From contig NIVC01000312.1 in the NCBI GenBank assembly GCA_002269645.1, forward strand, positions 470,459 to 534,458: DNA of 64,000 nucleotides. The letters run 5' to 3'. Below the pieces are notes generated by a model. The model searched no databases. It had not been told where the DNA came from and saw only the letters and a program-made list of their open reading frames with translations. This DNA comes from Macrostomum lignano. Taxonomy: Eukaryota. This document shows positions 1 to 13,400 of the stretch, piece after piece. Both the position numbers and the translations under genes were made by a program. The number at the start of each line of letters is the position of its first letter. The first letter of the stretch is position 1.

Positions 1-312
1 TCAGGTCGAGACAGAGCTCCCGCTCAACGGGATCCTCAAATGCTGGCGACGTCTGGCACACTGCATTGTTTCAGTTATTTAATCTACTGATGGTAGACAA
101 AGTACCTTAAAGTCAATATTTAAAGCATCCGTCCTCCAGTCTTACCAAAGCTATCAAACTCAATTGTTACTTGGCTAGCAACCATAGCCAGGGGTAGCTC
201 GACAGCGATTCCGGCTCCATTTTTGAAGCTACTCAGTTGGTTACCTTCGTAAGTGACGAAGGTTTCGGCGGCTGTCATCCCAGTCAGAGCGAAGGCAAAA
301 ATCACTGCAAGC
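1..312 (-). CDS. Partial spliced gene, probably a secreted protein (runs off the window start)
   Basis: Minus-strand exon ~312-146 (LAVIFAFALTGMTAAETFVTYEG...EFDSF) begins with a signal-peptide-like stretch and ends at G|gtaag. An 85-nt intron (145-61) ends aatgcag, and the next exon (60-1) continues in phase (VCQTSPAFEDPVERELCLDL). Start codon not located. Confidence 0.45.
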
Positions 313-889
313 CTGCAACGTCAGGAGTCAGTCATGACATTAAAAATTAAAAGTTTTTTAGATTTCATTAATCGCACGAGCTGTGAAAAAAATTCAGTGA
401 AGCATATGAATAGTTTTTAAGCGATATTTCTCAAAACTGTTCTAAAACGATGCGAAGTCGGAGACGTCAACAAATGCTACAGCGAGTGCCCGAAACATGA
501 ATGAAAAATTTGTACTTTTACATTTCGCCAACGTTCAGCCCAATTTTTAAAAAAAGTACCTTAGACGGAAAAATAACAAATAATTTGCACTATTCTCAAT
601 TTTTTGTACGTCTGCGCAATGTCAAAGTACCCACTTGCCATAGACATCTATCGGCGTCGGGTACTTCAAAAATGTCCGGCGGTGTGAAATTTTGTACCGA
701 AGCTGGACTGTGGTAATCTGCTCCTGTAGTTTAAGCAATGGAAGAAGACGAACTCGAAACGGGAAATGACTATCGAAGACGTCAAGAGTTGTCAAGAAAG
801 TTACGTGCCCAGAGGGGCAAGGGGCACCCCATAGCCCTCATGAAATTGCGCTCCTCTATAACTGGACTGAGGTAGGGTAGGGGTAAGAA

Positions 890-1000
890 GCGCCCACCGA
901 GAGACAGGGGCGCCCACCGAGAGACAGAGGCGCCCACCGAGAGACAGAGGCGCCCACCGAGAGATAGGGGCGCCTGTCGAGAGACGGAGGCGCCCACCAG
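890..1000. repeat. Short array (~5 units) of 19-20-bp GGCGCCCACCGAGAGACAG(G) minisatellite
   Basis: Directly visible; same unit family as 21650-22420 and 41790-42500. Confidence 0.9.
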
Positions 1001-2441
1001 AATATTGGCGCTTCTTGGGGTTGCATTCCCTCTGATTAAAGTTCCTACGTGCCGAACTGCGTCAAGAGGTTGCTTAGTGTACCTTAATGAATTAGGAAAA
1101 ATATACTTACAGCATAACGGCACCAGCGCTAAGCAAAAGCAAACTTTTATGATTTACTTTTATTTTTATGAACCCTGGCTGAAGGCAGTGAAAGTTATAC
1201 CGCAAACGACGGCCTAGCCACTGCACAGAGGCCACTGCAGGCTGAAATAATGCATTTTTATACTACAGGCTACATTCGAGAGAAGGCCAGTTTCATGATG
1301 GTCCATCATCCATGCCGAGACCCAGTGGCGCTAGGGACGTCAGTCGGTTAGCTTTTTTTGACAGAAATTGTTATTAATGTTTGCTGTAAACAGAGTTGGA
1401 AATGCTGGACAGTCACAGTTGATTTTTATCGGGCAGCCATTTAACGAAGAAAAATTCACTTCAGTCTCTTTTGATGAGGCTAAAGCCTCGAGACATGACT
1501 TATCTAATGCAACGGTTCAAGCATTTATTCCAAAGAGCAATTATGAGAATTAGACAGGGAACTTAATTGCAAGCTAAATGGCAGGCCTTGCTAGTCTGCT
1601 AATGTTATAAATTATATGCAGAGTCGACCACAATTAAAGTAAATTAAGATAGATAGAAATTTAGCAAGTTTTGATGCATTTAATTACGCCGGTTTCAATC
1701 GATCTCTATGCCAATTTTGCATTTGATGCTTAGTGCACATTTTGCAAACGAATAATTCAAATTTTTAAACTGCACTCCTTTACTCGTAGAATAAATCATT
1801 AAATAGCTTTTTCCACAGTCTAAGAATTGGAGGATCATAAATAAGTAAACAGTTTTCTCTCTCTTACAAAACCGTTGTGACTGTTACCACATCACTGTGA
1901 CGGTTACCTCATCATGACTCATCATGACATTACAGTCATAAAAACAGTCAAACGCATCTAGCATTGATCTGCTCTGCTAAGCTGCGATTGTAGTGATAGG
2001 AAGCCCCGCTGGTGACATGCTTAACGCCGATGTCTGTAGGTTCGAAGAGTCGAAAATCCCGACGATGGTACTTAGCCAACTCATTTCCTAAACCAAAAGA
2101 TGCTCGTTGTTGCACTTCTTTTCAATTTCAATTAGTCGTCGTCTGCATCTTGAGTTCACCTGCACGGCACAATGATTCGCTGCAACAAATGCCCAGTGAG
2201 AAGATGATCCAAGCTAATTAGTCCAAGGTTTTCGACTCTCCAAGACAGGTAAGATTGGTAATCAGAGTAGAACCCAGGGCCGGAGTCTGCAACAGATGGG
2301 TTTGTTATTCGAAGCCGGTTCTTGCAAAGGTGGCTAAGACCTTGATTGCTTTTTGGAGGGATAAATACCCGTTTTTTTGCGCTCCAGTCTTTCAGTCGAG
2401 TCTTTTCGCGATTTTAGTAGCAGCTACTAAAGAAGATAGAA

Positions 2442-3154
2442 ATGTCCGACATTGGCGAGCGCTCGCAAGGCGCGAATCTGAGCTTGAACTTCTCCGTAGA
2501 CAGGCTGCTGAAGAAGAGCGAGCCGCCGGCCAGGATCGACTCTCCGGTGCAGCCTCTGCCGAGGGGCTGGCTTGACTGGGCTACTGGACTATCTGCGGTC
2601 AATGCCGGAGGCTCTAGCGGGGTCGCAGTTAAAAACCGCAGCCCTAGAGTGCCGTTCAGTCGCATGCAGGTGCAGATATTGGAAGCCAAGTTTCAGGACA
2701 CGCTCTACCTGAGCGGACTAGAGGTTCGACAGCTGGCTCTGCTGCTCAACATTAGCGAGTCCAGGGTGAGCAAATTTCAATGAATGTATTTGCAAACACG
2801 ATCTTGGGAGGCTCATTTTGTTGAAGCATTGCAAGCAAGGATCAGTGTTAGACAAAGTTAGTCACGAGATCTGTCCACCTATTTCCATTTGACTTTATTT
2901 ACTTAGCATGCATAAGCCGCAACTTTCCTTTTCAGGTGAAAATTTGGTTCCAAAATCGGAGAGCTCGGAAGCGACGCGAAGAGGCCAGAATTTGGCGCGA
3001 CAGCTTCAGAGAGGCCGCCGCTGCCGCCGCCGCTGCAGCCGCCGCCGTCACCGCCGCCTCTGCCAGCGCCCCAAGCGCTGCCGTCAATGCTAAAGACGGA
3101 ACCTGCGCCAACGAATACTGCGACTGCATTGCCGCTGAGGCCTTGGACAACTAA
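2442..3154 (+). CDS. Msxlx: ANTP/NKL-class homeobox protein, Msxlx-like (180 aa, 2 exons)
   Basis: Exons 2442-2765 and 2936-3154 (AGG|gtgagc...ttttcag|GTG). Homeodomain NRSPRVPFSRMQVQILEAKFQDTLYLSGLEVRQLALLLNISESR|VKIWFQNRRARKRRE with the classic phase-0 intron at codon 44/45. N-terminal eh1-like FSVDRLL and a poly-Ala tract. The PRVPF...SRVKIWFQNRRAR pattern recalls Msxlx rather than Msx (PRTPF...QVKIWFQNRRAK); the family call is from memory. Homeobox status is secure. Confidence 0.75.
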
Positions 3155-3464
3155 ACCAGTGGCTTCTGTTCCTGACAAATTTTATGGGGGCGCAGTTCAT
3201 GAAACATCACTTTGGAAAAGACTGTTTTATTGCTTATACAGCCGATGAACCTTAGCAATGTGATGTTAACAGAAATGAATAATTTACAAGAATGTCTGTT
3301 TACATGATAACCTCGTCTGCTGCATGTGATACTTGTACTTATTTTGCTACCAGTCGGTTTTTGTCTGTGGAACAGAAGTTTTCAATCACCGACTTCGAAT
3401 AATCTATTGAGATAATATATATATATATAAGACTCACTATTTAAGTTTATCCTTCAAAGCTTAT

Positions 3465-4175
<711 letters not shown>

Positions 4176-4700
4176 GCAGTTAGTCTGACTGCCTTTTTAA
4201 TGGTTCATGTCTTTTCAACTAATATGCAGCGCTCTCATTAGGCATAAAGCACAAACACTAAAAGGTTGAGACACATTCCTTTGCTGCTGCTACAGCTTTA
4301 CTATGCCCTATTTCTCATACCTAAAAATAGATAAACAATAAAAAACTTACTACACAAAAAACGCGCTGCAGCCTGTATGACCCGTTCATAAACTTCATTC
4401 TAAACTTCCCTTTCTTACCTGCTGGGCGCATTTTCGCATTTTCATATTGTGGCAGCCATTTCACGGCAATCGCGGTGTTTTCAAATACAAAAGCACAGTT
4501 TTTTTCTGATATCTCGCGTCCCACCGCCAGCGGTCTCGTGCGCGCACCCTACTTTAACTTGGCGCATTCCAAAGTTGAGCTTGAAGACTGGCTGTCTACA
4601 GCTTGCCAACACACTGCGGGTTCCAGTTTAAGCCTGACTTGACTTGACAGCTCCAGCTGCTTAGCCATTTCATTTGCACCGGTCTCACAGGCAAAAAATA

Positions 4701-4995
4701 ATGCCGAGGCTCTACAGGAAACTTTTCCACCGTCGGCGAAGTCAAGCTGACGAGGTTGCTAAGAAGAGGCATGGTTGCAAGGCTGATCCCGGATCGGATA
4801 GCAGCGACTCCTCTGTGGCTGACGGACTGGATGAGGAGTCGGCCACCCCCTGTGACACTGACCGCATGCCAGAGCAGCTAAGTGATCAACTGCAGAATGG
4901 GTCAGGTGCGAAGCCAGGGCGAAAAAAGAAGAAAAGTGAGTTGCAAACGGATAGATAGATCAATAAATAGATAGATAGATAGATAGGTAGGTAGG

Positions 4996-5077
<82 letters not shown>

Positions 5078-5082
5078 GATAA

Positions 5083-5177
<95 letters not shown>

Positions 5178-5556
5178 GATAAATAGATAGATAGATAAAT
5201 AGATAGATAGATAGACAAACAGACAGATGGTTCGCCCTGTTCCCGAAGATCCCACAGAGCCGTACGTGCCGTCATGCGTCAAAGTTACTCAGCAGGCGCG
5301 GTTGAGCTGTCGCTGCTCCTGCGGCTGCAACTGCAGCTCAGACCGCAGTTCAGAGTGGCGTCCCCCCCAGCTCAAGCTGTCCAAGTGTGCCGGCGTGTTT
5401 CCCAGCATTCTGGCCGCCGGGATGGATGGCGGCGACACGGACGAGGACGAGAAGGCGGAGGCCGAGGAGGTGCAACACAGGCGTGACAAGCAGTGGTTCA
5501 ACTTCCAGCTGGCCAACGGAACTGAGGGCAAGGGCTACCGGCTGGATCCGCGATGA
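4701..5556 (+). CDS. Hypothetical ~177-aa protein, 2 exons
   Basis: Exon 4701-4935 (MPRLYRKLFHRRR...KKKK, donor A|gtgagt) and exon 5258-5556 (acceptor cccacag|, phase 1; PYVPSC...CRCSCGCNC...WFNFQLANGTEGKGYRLDPR*). The second exon has coding-like GC3 bias. No family recognised. Confidence 0.5.
4950..5225. repeat. (TAGA)n microsatellite, intronic
   Basis: Directly visible. Confidence 0.98.
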
Positions 5557-5679
5557 ACTGAGAATTGGCTTTAATAAGTTTGACTGATTTGCGTGGCAGC
5601 GCCATTGAAACTTCATCGAATTTATATAACATTGTAACATACATGTAGGATAACATTAGCCTATTCACCTTATTCCACT

Positions 5680-6085
5680 GCTCATTCACCTACTCCATTG
5701 CTCATTCACCTACTCCACTGCTCATTCACCTACTCCACTGCTTATTCACCTACTCCACTGCTCATTCACCTACTCCACTGCTCATTCACCTACTCCACTG
5801 CTCATTCACCTACTTCAATGCTCATTCACATACTCCACTGCTCATTCACCTACACCATTGCTCATTCACCTACTCCACTGCTCATTCACCTACTCCACTG
5901 CTCATTTATCTACTCCACTGCTCATTCACCTACTCCACTGCTCATTTATCTACTCCACTGCTCATTCACCTACTCCACTGCTCATTCACCTACTCCACTG
6001 CTCATTCACCTACTCCACTGCTCATTCACCTACTCCACTGCTCATTCGCCTACTCCACTGCTCATTCACCTACTTCAATGCTCAT
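5680..6085. repeat. 20-bp minisatellite CTCATTCACCTACTCCACTG (~20 units)
   Basis: Directly visible. Confidence 0.95.
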
Positions 6086-7487
6086 TCACCCACTTCACTA
6101 CCCCACCTACTAGTAGTTTCCTATTCTTCATTTCATGGCAAGAGAACCCGCTGTAATAAGCTTTCCTTAACACTTAAAGCGATATTCTACACCGGGACAC
6201 TTAAACAACTACACTTCTCGTGACCTGCTCAAACAGAAACGAACAGTTAGTTTGCGAAGCTTTTAGCCCCAAGTCTTGATCGTGTTTTCATTAACTTACT
6301 TTTTTGATATTTTGGTCACGTTCTTTAGGCATCGATCAACTGTGTCAACTTAGTTTATTCTCTTGCAAATTATCAATATAAACTTGCTACTGATGCTGGA
6401 CATCATCTTATGATCCTACTTATAAAATTGAAGCGTTTGTTCGGTACTGCTTGTACTTTTTTGCATTAGCCACCACGCTTGCGAGACTGGCTCCCTTAGC
6501 CTGCAAAGGAAATGAACCGAATGAGACAGTAATTCGGGAAGCTAATGGAAATTTAGCAAGTATATCGAGTGCTGCATAGATGGAGGTGCCACCAGATAAA
6601 ATGTCATGAGAGGCTCCCAGTTGGCTTGTATTTTCGCTTTCAAGCAACTGTCGATGCTTTTTCTGCTTTGAGTAAATGTATGCCCGCGAACTTATCTGAT
6701 GTTGGAAGAAAAAAATGAAAAAAAGTCCTGACTTTGAAACTTTGTTTTTCTTAATAGATTTTACAGAATGATTTGCTAAATCGTACAGTGCAACCTGGAG
6801 TTTCCACCGCTTTCTAATATCCAGAACTTGGCTTAAAAGTGCAAAACTTTCTGGTTAGAGCGACTGGAAGGGGAGATTTTTTGGTCCAGAGAGCAACTTC
6901 CTCGCCATCCCGAAAAAAATGTCTGTGTTTATTCGGTAAAACATGAAAATATACTCGGCAAGGGCTGAGTCTCCCTGACGGCGAGGTGAATTAATTATAT
7001 GATTTTTCCCGCAGCTTTGCTCCGCAGGCTGACATTAAAAAATTGTTGAGCAAATGGAAAGCCTCTATAGTGCAGCAAGTGAGCACTTCAGCGTCTCGCC
7101 TAGCGAAAGGAAATGCTAAGCCATTAAAGGCTCAGAGACACAGAAAACAGGCGGTTGCCATAATCGGGGCCATCTATCGATTTCGAGTCCGGATAATGCC
7201 GCCGTACAGGCAGACAGGCAACGTCCTGGCGCTGCTGGCTTTTGTAGAGGCAGCGACTGTCTTATAGAGAGCTTATTTAGCGAGAGGTCGACGGACTGTT
7301 AGGCGTCTTCAGGGTCTCGCGCGCGATCCAATAGGCTTGGGGCTGAGTTTCTTTCTCTACCAGCTATTGGTAGAAGCTCGACTTTCGGTGTTCCCCTATT
7401 TCTGAATGAAATACTCCGACAGCGGGACATTGTGCGGCCAAGAAACAAGTAAGAGAATGACTAAATTGATCAGACGGATAGATCAGA

Positions 7488-10400
7488 ATGGCCCGTCGTG
7501 GAACTCGAAAACTGTCGAAAAAAGCCAGCATGCCTAACGCAAGCGGCGCAGCAAGCAATGGAGGCAGCCTGGTGCGCGAGTGTCGCGAAGCGCTACACGA
7601 TTTTGTTGCCAACTCGAGCATTCGCGGACTTAAACGGACGCTGTTCTCACCAACTAGGCTATTGCGAGTCTTCTGGACTGTGTTTCTGCTCAGTAGCTTT
7701 GTGCTGGCAATGTCTCAGGTTGGTATTGGGGAGGGTTAAACCTGGCTGCAAGATCATAACTTCTTATCATAAATGCTGTAAAACTTCGAGATGGCATGGT
7801 TGACAAGACTTTGCGGGGGTATGGAGTTATGAAAAACTTTATGAAAATTAACTAGCAAGACAATGAGCAAACTTTACTTACAACCAACCATTCTTGAAGG
7901 TTGCCTTCCTATTGGAGAAGTATTTGAAACGCGAGACCACCGTTCAGCAGCAGAAGATCTACGGCCACCTGGAAGCCTTTCCCGCGGTGTCCTTCTGCGT
8001 GTCTGATCCGTTCTCTGACGGTGCAACGGAACTTTGGTCTAGCGGCGCCGTCGAGTCACCAAACGAATACAGTCGGAAAGTTCGCCAAGCCGCTCTGCAG
8101 CTGATGCGGGCACCAACTCGGGAAAATCAGCAGCTGCTATCGGCGCTGCTCAGACTGGATCAGAGAGAGGCCTACTTCCAGAATGTGGACAACCTGACCA
8201 ACCTGATGCAGCTGGGCCACACTCAGCCGTTCTACTTCTGCGCCATCAACCCGTTTGACCATGGCCAGAAGGTGTTCAAGTACTACGACAGAAACAGTTG
8301 CAATCTGACGATGACGCGATGGCTGCATCCCATCTACCTAAACTGCTATACGCTAAGCTTCGCCAATCGTGCATTCTCCCAGGCGCTAAAGTCCATCTTT
8401 CTGGTGTTGCCGGCTGGTCGTTCCGAGCCGCGCGACGGCTTCGGGCCGTACGAGAATGCCAGCTTCTTGCGCGACACGCTGAAAAAGTACACCACTATGC
8501 AGGTAGTGCTGCACGAGGCGAAGAAGAAGCCAAACTTTGACGAGACTGTTATGCTCACCGCTCATCAGTCGGATGTGAGTACTATCCTCATCTAATTCTG
8601 CTTAACCTAATGGCTACGTATCACTTGAAAAACGACTTATATATGAAACATCGAGATCATTCCGGGTCAAGCGATCAATATGTGTACTCTTAAACTTTAT
8701 CAGGATTAATGCCACAAGCCTGCACGTACTGAGGTGACTAATTTCATGTGATTCCCTCGTCGTAGCGATTTTCTCGACTTATCCCCCGGATTAGCGCCAA
8801 GTCACGATTGAGGTGAATTCAGGAAGAGTTCAGTGCGAAAGAAGGATTAAATGCATCTGAATTAAAGAAAGGGCTTCTCCGACAGAATACAGCTTTGTTT
8901 GATTGTCTTTTAAATAAGGAACGGACTGGAGAGCAAATACTCCAAATACTCCACTTGAACTGGAACAAGGATGTCGGGGACTTCCTATCGAACTGCGTGC
9001 CTTCAGCCTGCCGATTCTCGATAAGGCATGCAACGATCACGGATGAAACAAAATTTGCGAGGTCAAGTGCAGAGAAATTTTATAGCGTGTCTAATCCGGA
9101 CGAACCATCGGAATAAACATGAGCGATGCAGGATAGCAAAAATTTGCATTTAGAGATTTCAAGTGAGCGACTATCGGCTAGACACAGCGCATGCGCAGTG
9201 GCTAAGCTCAGAGGATTATCAGTAAGAAAAAGTCACTCGCACTTTACTAGAATGGAAGTCGGACGTCGGCCAAACGTCGATGTACGGGCGTAAAAGTACG
9301 AATTTGACAGCGACTTCCACAGAGAAGCAAGCTAACTAAAACAAATATTATGTAAATTTTATAAGACCTCAATGCTCTCAGTCTGCAGTAATGCAACAGT
9401 AGATATGCTAAAAAGCATGCACACCTTATGTCATTAATATAATCCTCGCTTGCACTTCCAAGACAAGCCATGTAAATTTCAGTAATAAAGACGCTGGGAA
9501 ATGTAAAGAAGCAGAAAAATTGTTTGCATTTTACTGGTGTAGAGGCTAATTTTTTTTACATATTTTCCTGGCTGTAAATAAAGTGCAGTAGTGTAGTTTG
9601 CGTCTGATACACCAACTACCAGATGTAGTTATACGGAAATTTTAATAATTTTAATCCCAGAGCGAAAACAAAAACAGTAGATGCACAACTTTGGTGTTCT
9701 TTTTTAAAGCGGCACATCTATTCTTTCCAATGAATTCAGTCGTGTGTACGAGCGTATTTTGGGTCATTTCATTCAAAAGTTGTGCGTGATGCACAATAGC
9801 AATGCCACTGATTGTCTTACAGTAAAAGGTGAAGTACATACGCTCGTACACAAAACGGCTCCAATGTACAGTACATCCCTCTCTTACCGTCCACCCCTAC
9901 TGTGTTGAGTATTTTTTACACTCTGTCACTTGTAAGCAAATCTCACTGTTTTGCACCTCGCGAAATTTTGCTTAGTCAAGTGTTTTGATTTTTGTGATTA
10001 TTGACACCATCATGAGTGTGCAATCGAAAAGAAGTCACGGAATGCTCAAGCGATGGTAAAAGTGTGTTGCTACAGGTGGAGACTATTTTGAGAAGTCTGC
10101 CTTGAAGTTTGATGATGATGATGAATGACTACAGATTGGTTTCTTTGAGATATTTTTAAACTTCTACTGTAAGACTATCAGTGGCATTGCGATGGTTTTT
10201 CAGGCATAACTTTTGAATGAAATGATAATAATACATGCAACTGAATTCATTGGAAAGAAGAGATGTACCGAGGTCCCGAAAGAGGTCCCCAATGGGGTAA
10301 AACCACTATTTCATGTCACTAATACAGGCACTATTAAATCGATAAGGAGGCTTAGTAAAACAAGCAGAAGTCTTTCATCCTTTGCATTTAGATTAACGTA

Positions 10401-13400
10401 ATCAGCTTCACGACAAGCAAGTACGTCAACAACGACTGCAGCATCGGCGAGGACGAGCAAAGCGAAGTCGGCGACGCGGAGGTTGGCAACAATCCAAACG
10501 ACTTCGACGCTTGTCTGGAGCACCGAATCGAGCAGGACGTGATTGACAGGTGCGCCTGCACCCAGCGCTTTGGCGCCTTCTCTCTGTTGAGCTGAAGAAC
10601 AAACCTCTCAGCGAGAACCAGCACGCTTTTCGGGCGGGTCGCTCCACTGAAAGCGCGCTGCACGTCCTGGTCGATAAACTCGAGAAGGCCGTGCTTGGTA
10701 GTGGCTTTGCTCTGGGGATCTTCCTGGACATCATTGGCGCCTTCGATAACGTCCTCTTTGAGGCGTTCCGAAGAGCTCTTTGTGAGAGGCTAACGCACTC
10801 ACATCTCACCAGATGGATCATGTACATGATCAGCCATCGCACGGCCACCGCCAGTCTGCTGGGCTACCAGAGGACGGTCCCCGTCTGCAAAGGTAGCCCG
10901 CAAGGTGGGGTGCTGTCTCCAGTTCTCTGGAATATGGTCATTGATGAGCTCCTCCGGGATGTTCGGCCTGACCCCATTCTGAAAGTTGGATATGCGGACG
11001 ATGTCACCGCGGTGGCATCTGGTCCGTCCCCTGATACCCTCAGGGACCTTCTTCAGAACTTCATCTACGCTGCTGAGCAATGGGCGGACCGCTGTGGTTT
11101 AAGGCTCTCTGAGACTAAGACCGCAGCGATCATGTTCACCAGCAGGACCAAGTGGCAGATTCGGCCGCTCACGCTTTACGGAAGGGAAATCCCCTTCTGC
11201 AAGCAGACTAAATGTCTGGGTATTACCCTGGACCACAGGCTGAACTGGTCTCCCCACGTTCAAACAAAAGCCAAAAAGGCCTTCGCAGTCCTCGCGCAAT
11301 TGCGCAGGGCCGTCGGCACCACCTGGGGGCTCACCCCCAAGCGCCTCTGGTGGATCTACACTGCAATGGTTAGGCCCGCTATCTCGTATGGCGGCCTGAT
11401 CTGGGCTAGCGCCCTGCAGATAAAGACCTGTCTAGAGGCTCTCAGGAGAGCGCAAGGGCGCGCTTGTCGCACGATCATGAGCGCCCCTCCGTCTGCTCCT
11501 TACGATGGCCTCAACGCCTTCCTCAACATTCCTCCGCTGGACATCTTTGTCCGCAGGGAAGCGGCTAAGACTGCCCGCCGTCTAGCTGACGCTGGCATTC
11601 GAATCCAGCCCCATAGGGCCATGGCTAAGCGCAAGCTTCTGCCCCACGCTGACCTCTGCCTCAAGGACTTGAGAGACAGCGGCGGGCTCCACGTCCTATC
11701 TGACGGCGAACCCCGCACTCTCAACCTCTTTCAGCGCTACAAGGTCACCATCCCCTCTAGGGATGCTGCCAATGACCACTGGAATTTCCAGGAGGTCCAT
11801 TGCTACACGGACGGATCCATCAAAGACGGTCGCGCCGGCTTTGGGGTCTGCATCATCATCAACGGCCGCGTAATTGCCACGCATGCCCAGCACACTGGTA
11901 GACTCTCCACAGTCTTCCAGAACGAAGTCCTTGCCATCAGCTCTTGCGCTGCAGAGCTAAACGCCAAGGTTACGAGAGGAAAGACTATTGTCATCCACTC
12001 CGACAGCCAAGCGGCCTTACAGGCCCTTTGCCACACCACAACGAACTCCCGGACAGTCGCCGACTGCGCCCGGCAGCTCAACCTCCTGGCCAGAAGCAAT
12101 ACTGTCAGGCTGAAGTGGATCCCAGGGCACGCAGGGTTTCCGGGGAACGAGCTGGCAGACACCCTCGCCAAGAGGGGCGGCTCTGGCTCTTTTTTCGGCC
12201 CTGCCCCCTGGTCCCTATGCCCTTGACAGTCATCAATCGTCAGATCGACGACTGGGCTGACTCCCTCCACAGGGACAGATGGGCGGGCACCCAAAACTGC
12301 CGGCAATCTCGTGCCGCGGTTCCTTGCCCGTCTCACAGGCTCAGAAACATCCTTCTGAACCAGAATCGGAAGGATATTCGAGCCCTTGTCATGACCCTTA
12401 CCGGCCATGGCTACCTCGCCAGGCACTGCTTCCTCCGAGGCGACCTCGAGAGCGAAATTTGCCCCTTTTGCGAGTGCGACAATGAAGATGCTCAGCACTT
12501 TGTCTGTCACTGCCCTTTCTTTAACAGAGACCGGCTACGCTACCTCGGGCCGAACCCGTCCATTGACGAGGTTTGCCAGCCCGACAGCATCCCACGGCTC
12601 ATCCAGTTCCTTCGGGCGACTAGACGAGCCAGTTTCTTCCCAACGGAAGATCACGCTGCAGGACGGACCGGCGGACCACCCTGACCGGCCCCACGCCTCT
12701 GCCTGTCTGCGGGCCTTCAGGGGCTAGCGGAATGGGCGACCCTCGCCTCCCCGCTGTGTCTACGGACCACCCTGCAGCTAAGTCAAGTAAGTCAAGTCAA
12801 GACACCATCATGAGTGTGCAATCGAAAAGAAGTCACGGAATGCTCAAGCGATGGTAAAAGTGTGTTGCTACAGGTGGAGACTATTTTGAGAAGTCTGCCT
12901 TGAAGTTTGATGATGATGATGAATGACTACAGATTGGTTTCTTTGAGATATTTTTAAACTTCTACTGTAAGACTATCAGTGGCATTGCGATGGTTTTTCA
13001 GGCATAACTTTTGAATGAAATGATAATAATACATGCAACTGAATTCATTGGAAAGAAGAGATGTACCGAGGTCCCGAAAGAGGTCCCCAATGGGGTAAAA
13101 CCACTATTTCATGTCACTAATACAGGCACTATTAAATCGATAAGGAGGCTTAGTAAAACAAGCAGAAGTCTTTCATCCTTTGCATTTAGATTAACGTAAT
13201 CAGCTTCACGACAAGCAAGTACGTCAACAACGACTGCAGCATCGGCGAGGACGAGCAAAGCGAAGTCGGCGACGCGGAGGTTGGCAACAATCCAAACGAC
13301 TTCGACGCTTGTCTGGAGCACCGAATCGAGCAGGACGTGATTGACAGGTGCGCCTGCACCCAGCGACTAATGCGTACAGACCCGACAGTGCCGTTCTGCT

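Noticed and set aside
5227-5257. ATG at 5227 or acceptor at 5226 for the orphan gene
   Set aside because: Phase-incompatible with both upstream donors; the acceptor at 5257 fits instead.
10550-10567. Apparent start of the 558-aa RT ORF within host sequence, suggesting an ENaC-RT fusion
   Set aside because: The ORF is out of frame with the ENaC exon; the ENaC frame stops about 10 codons into the element.
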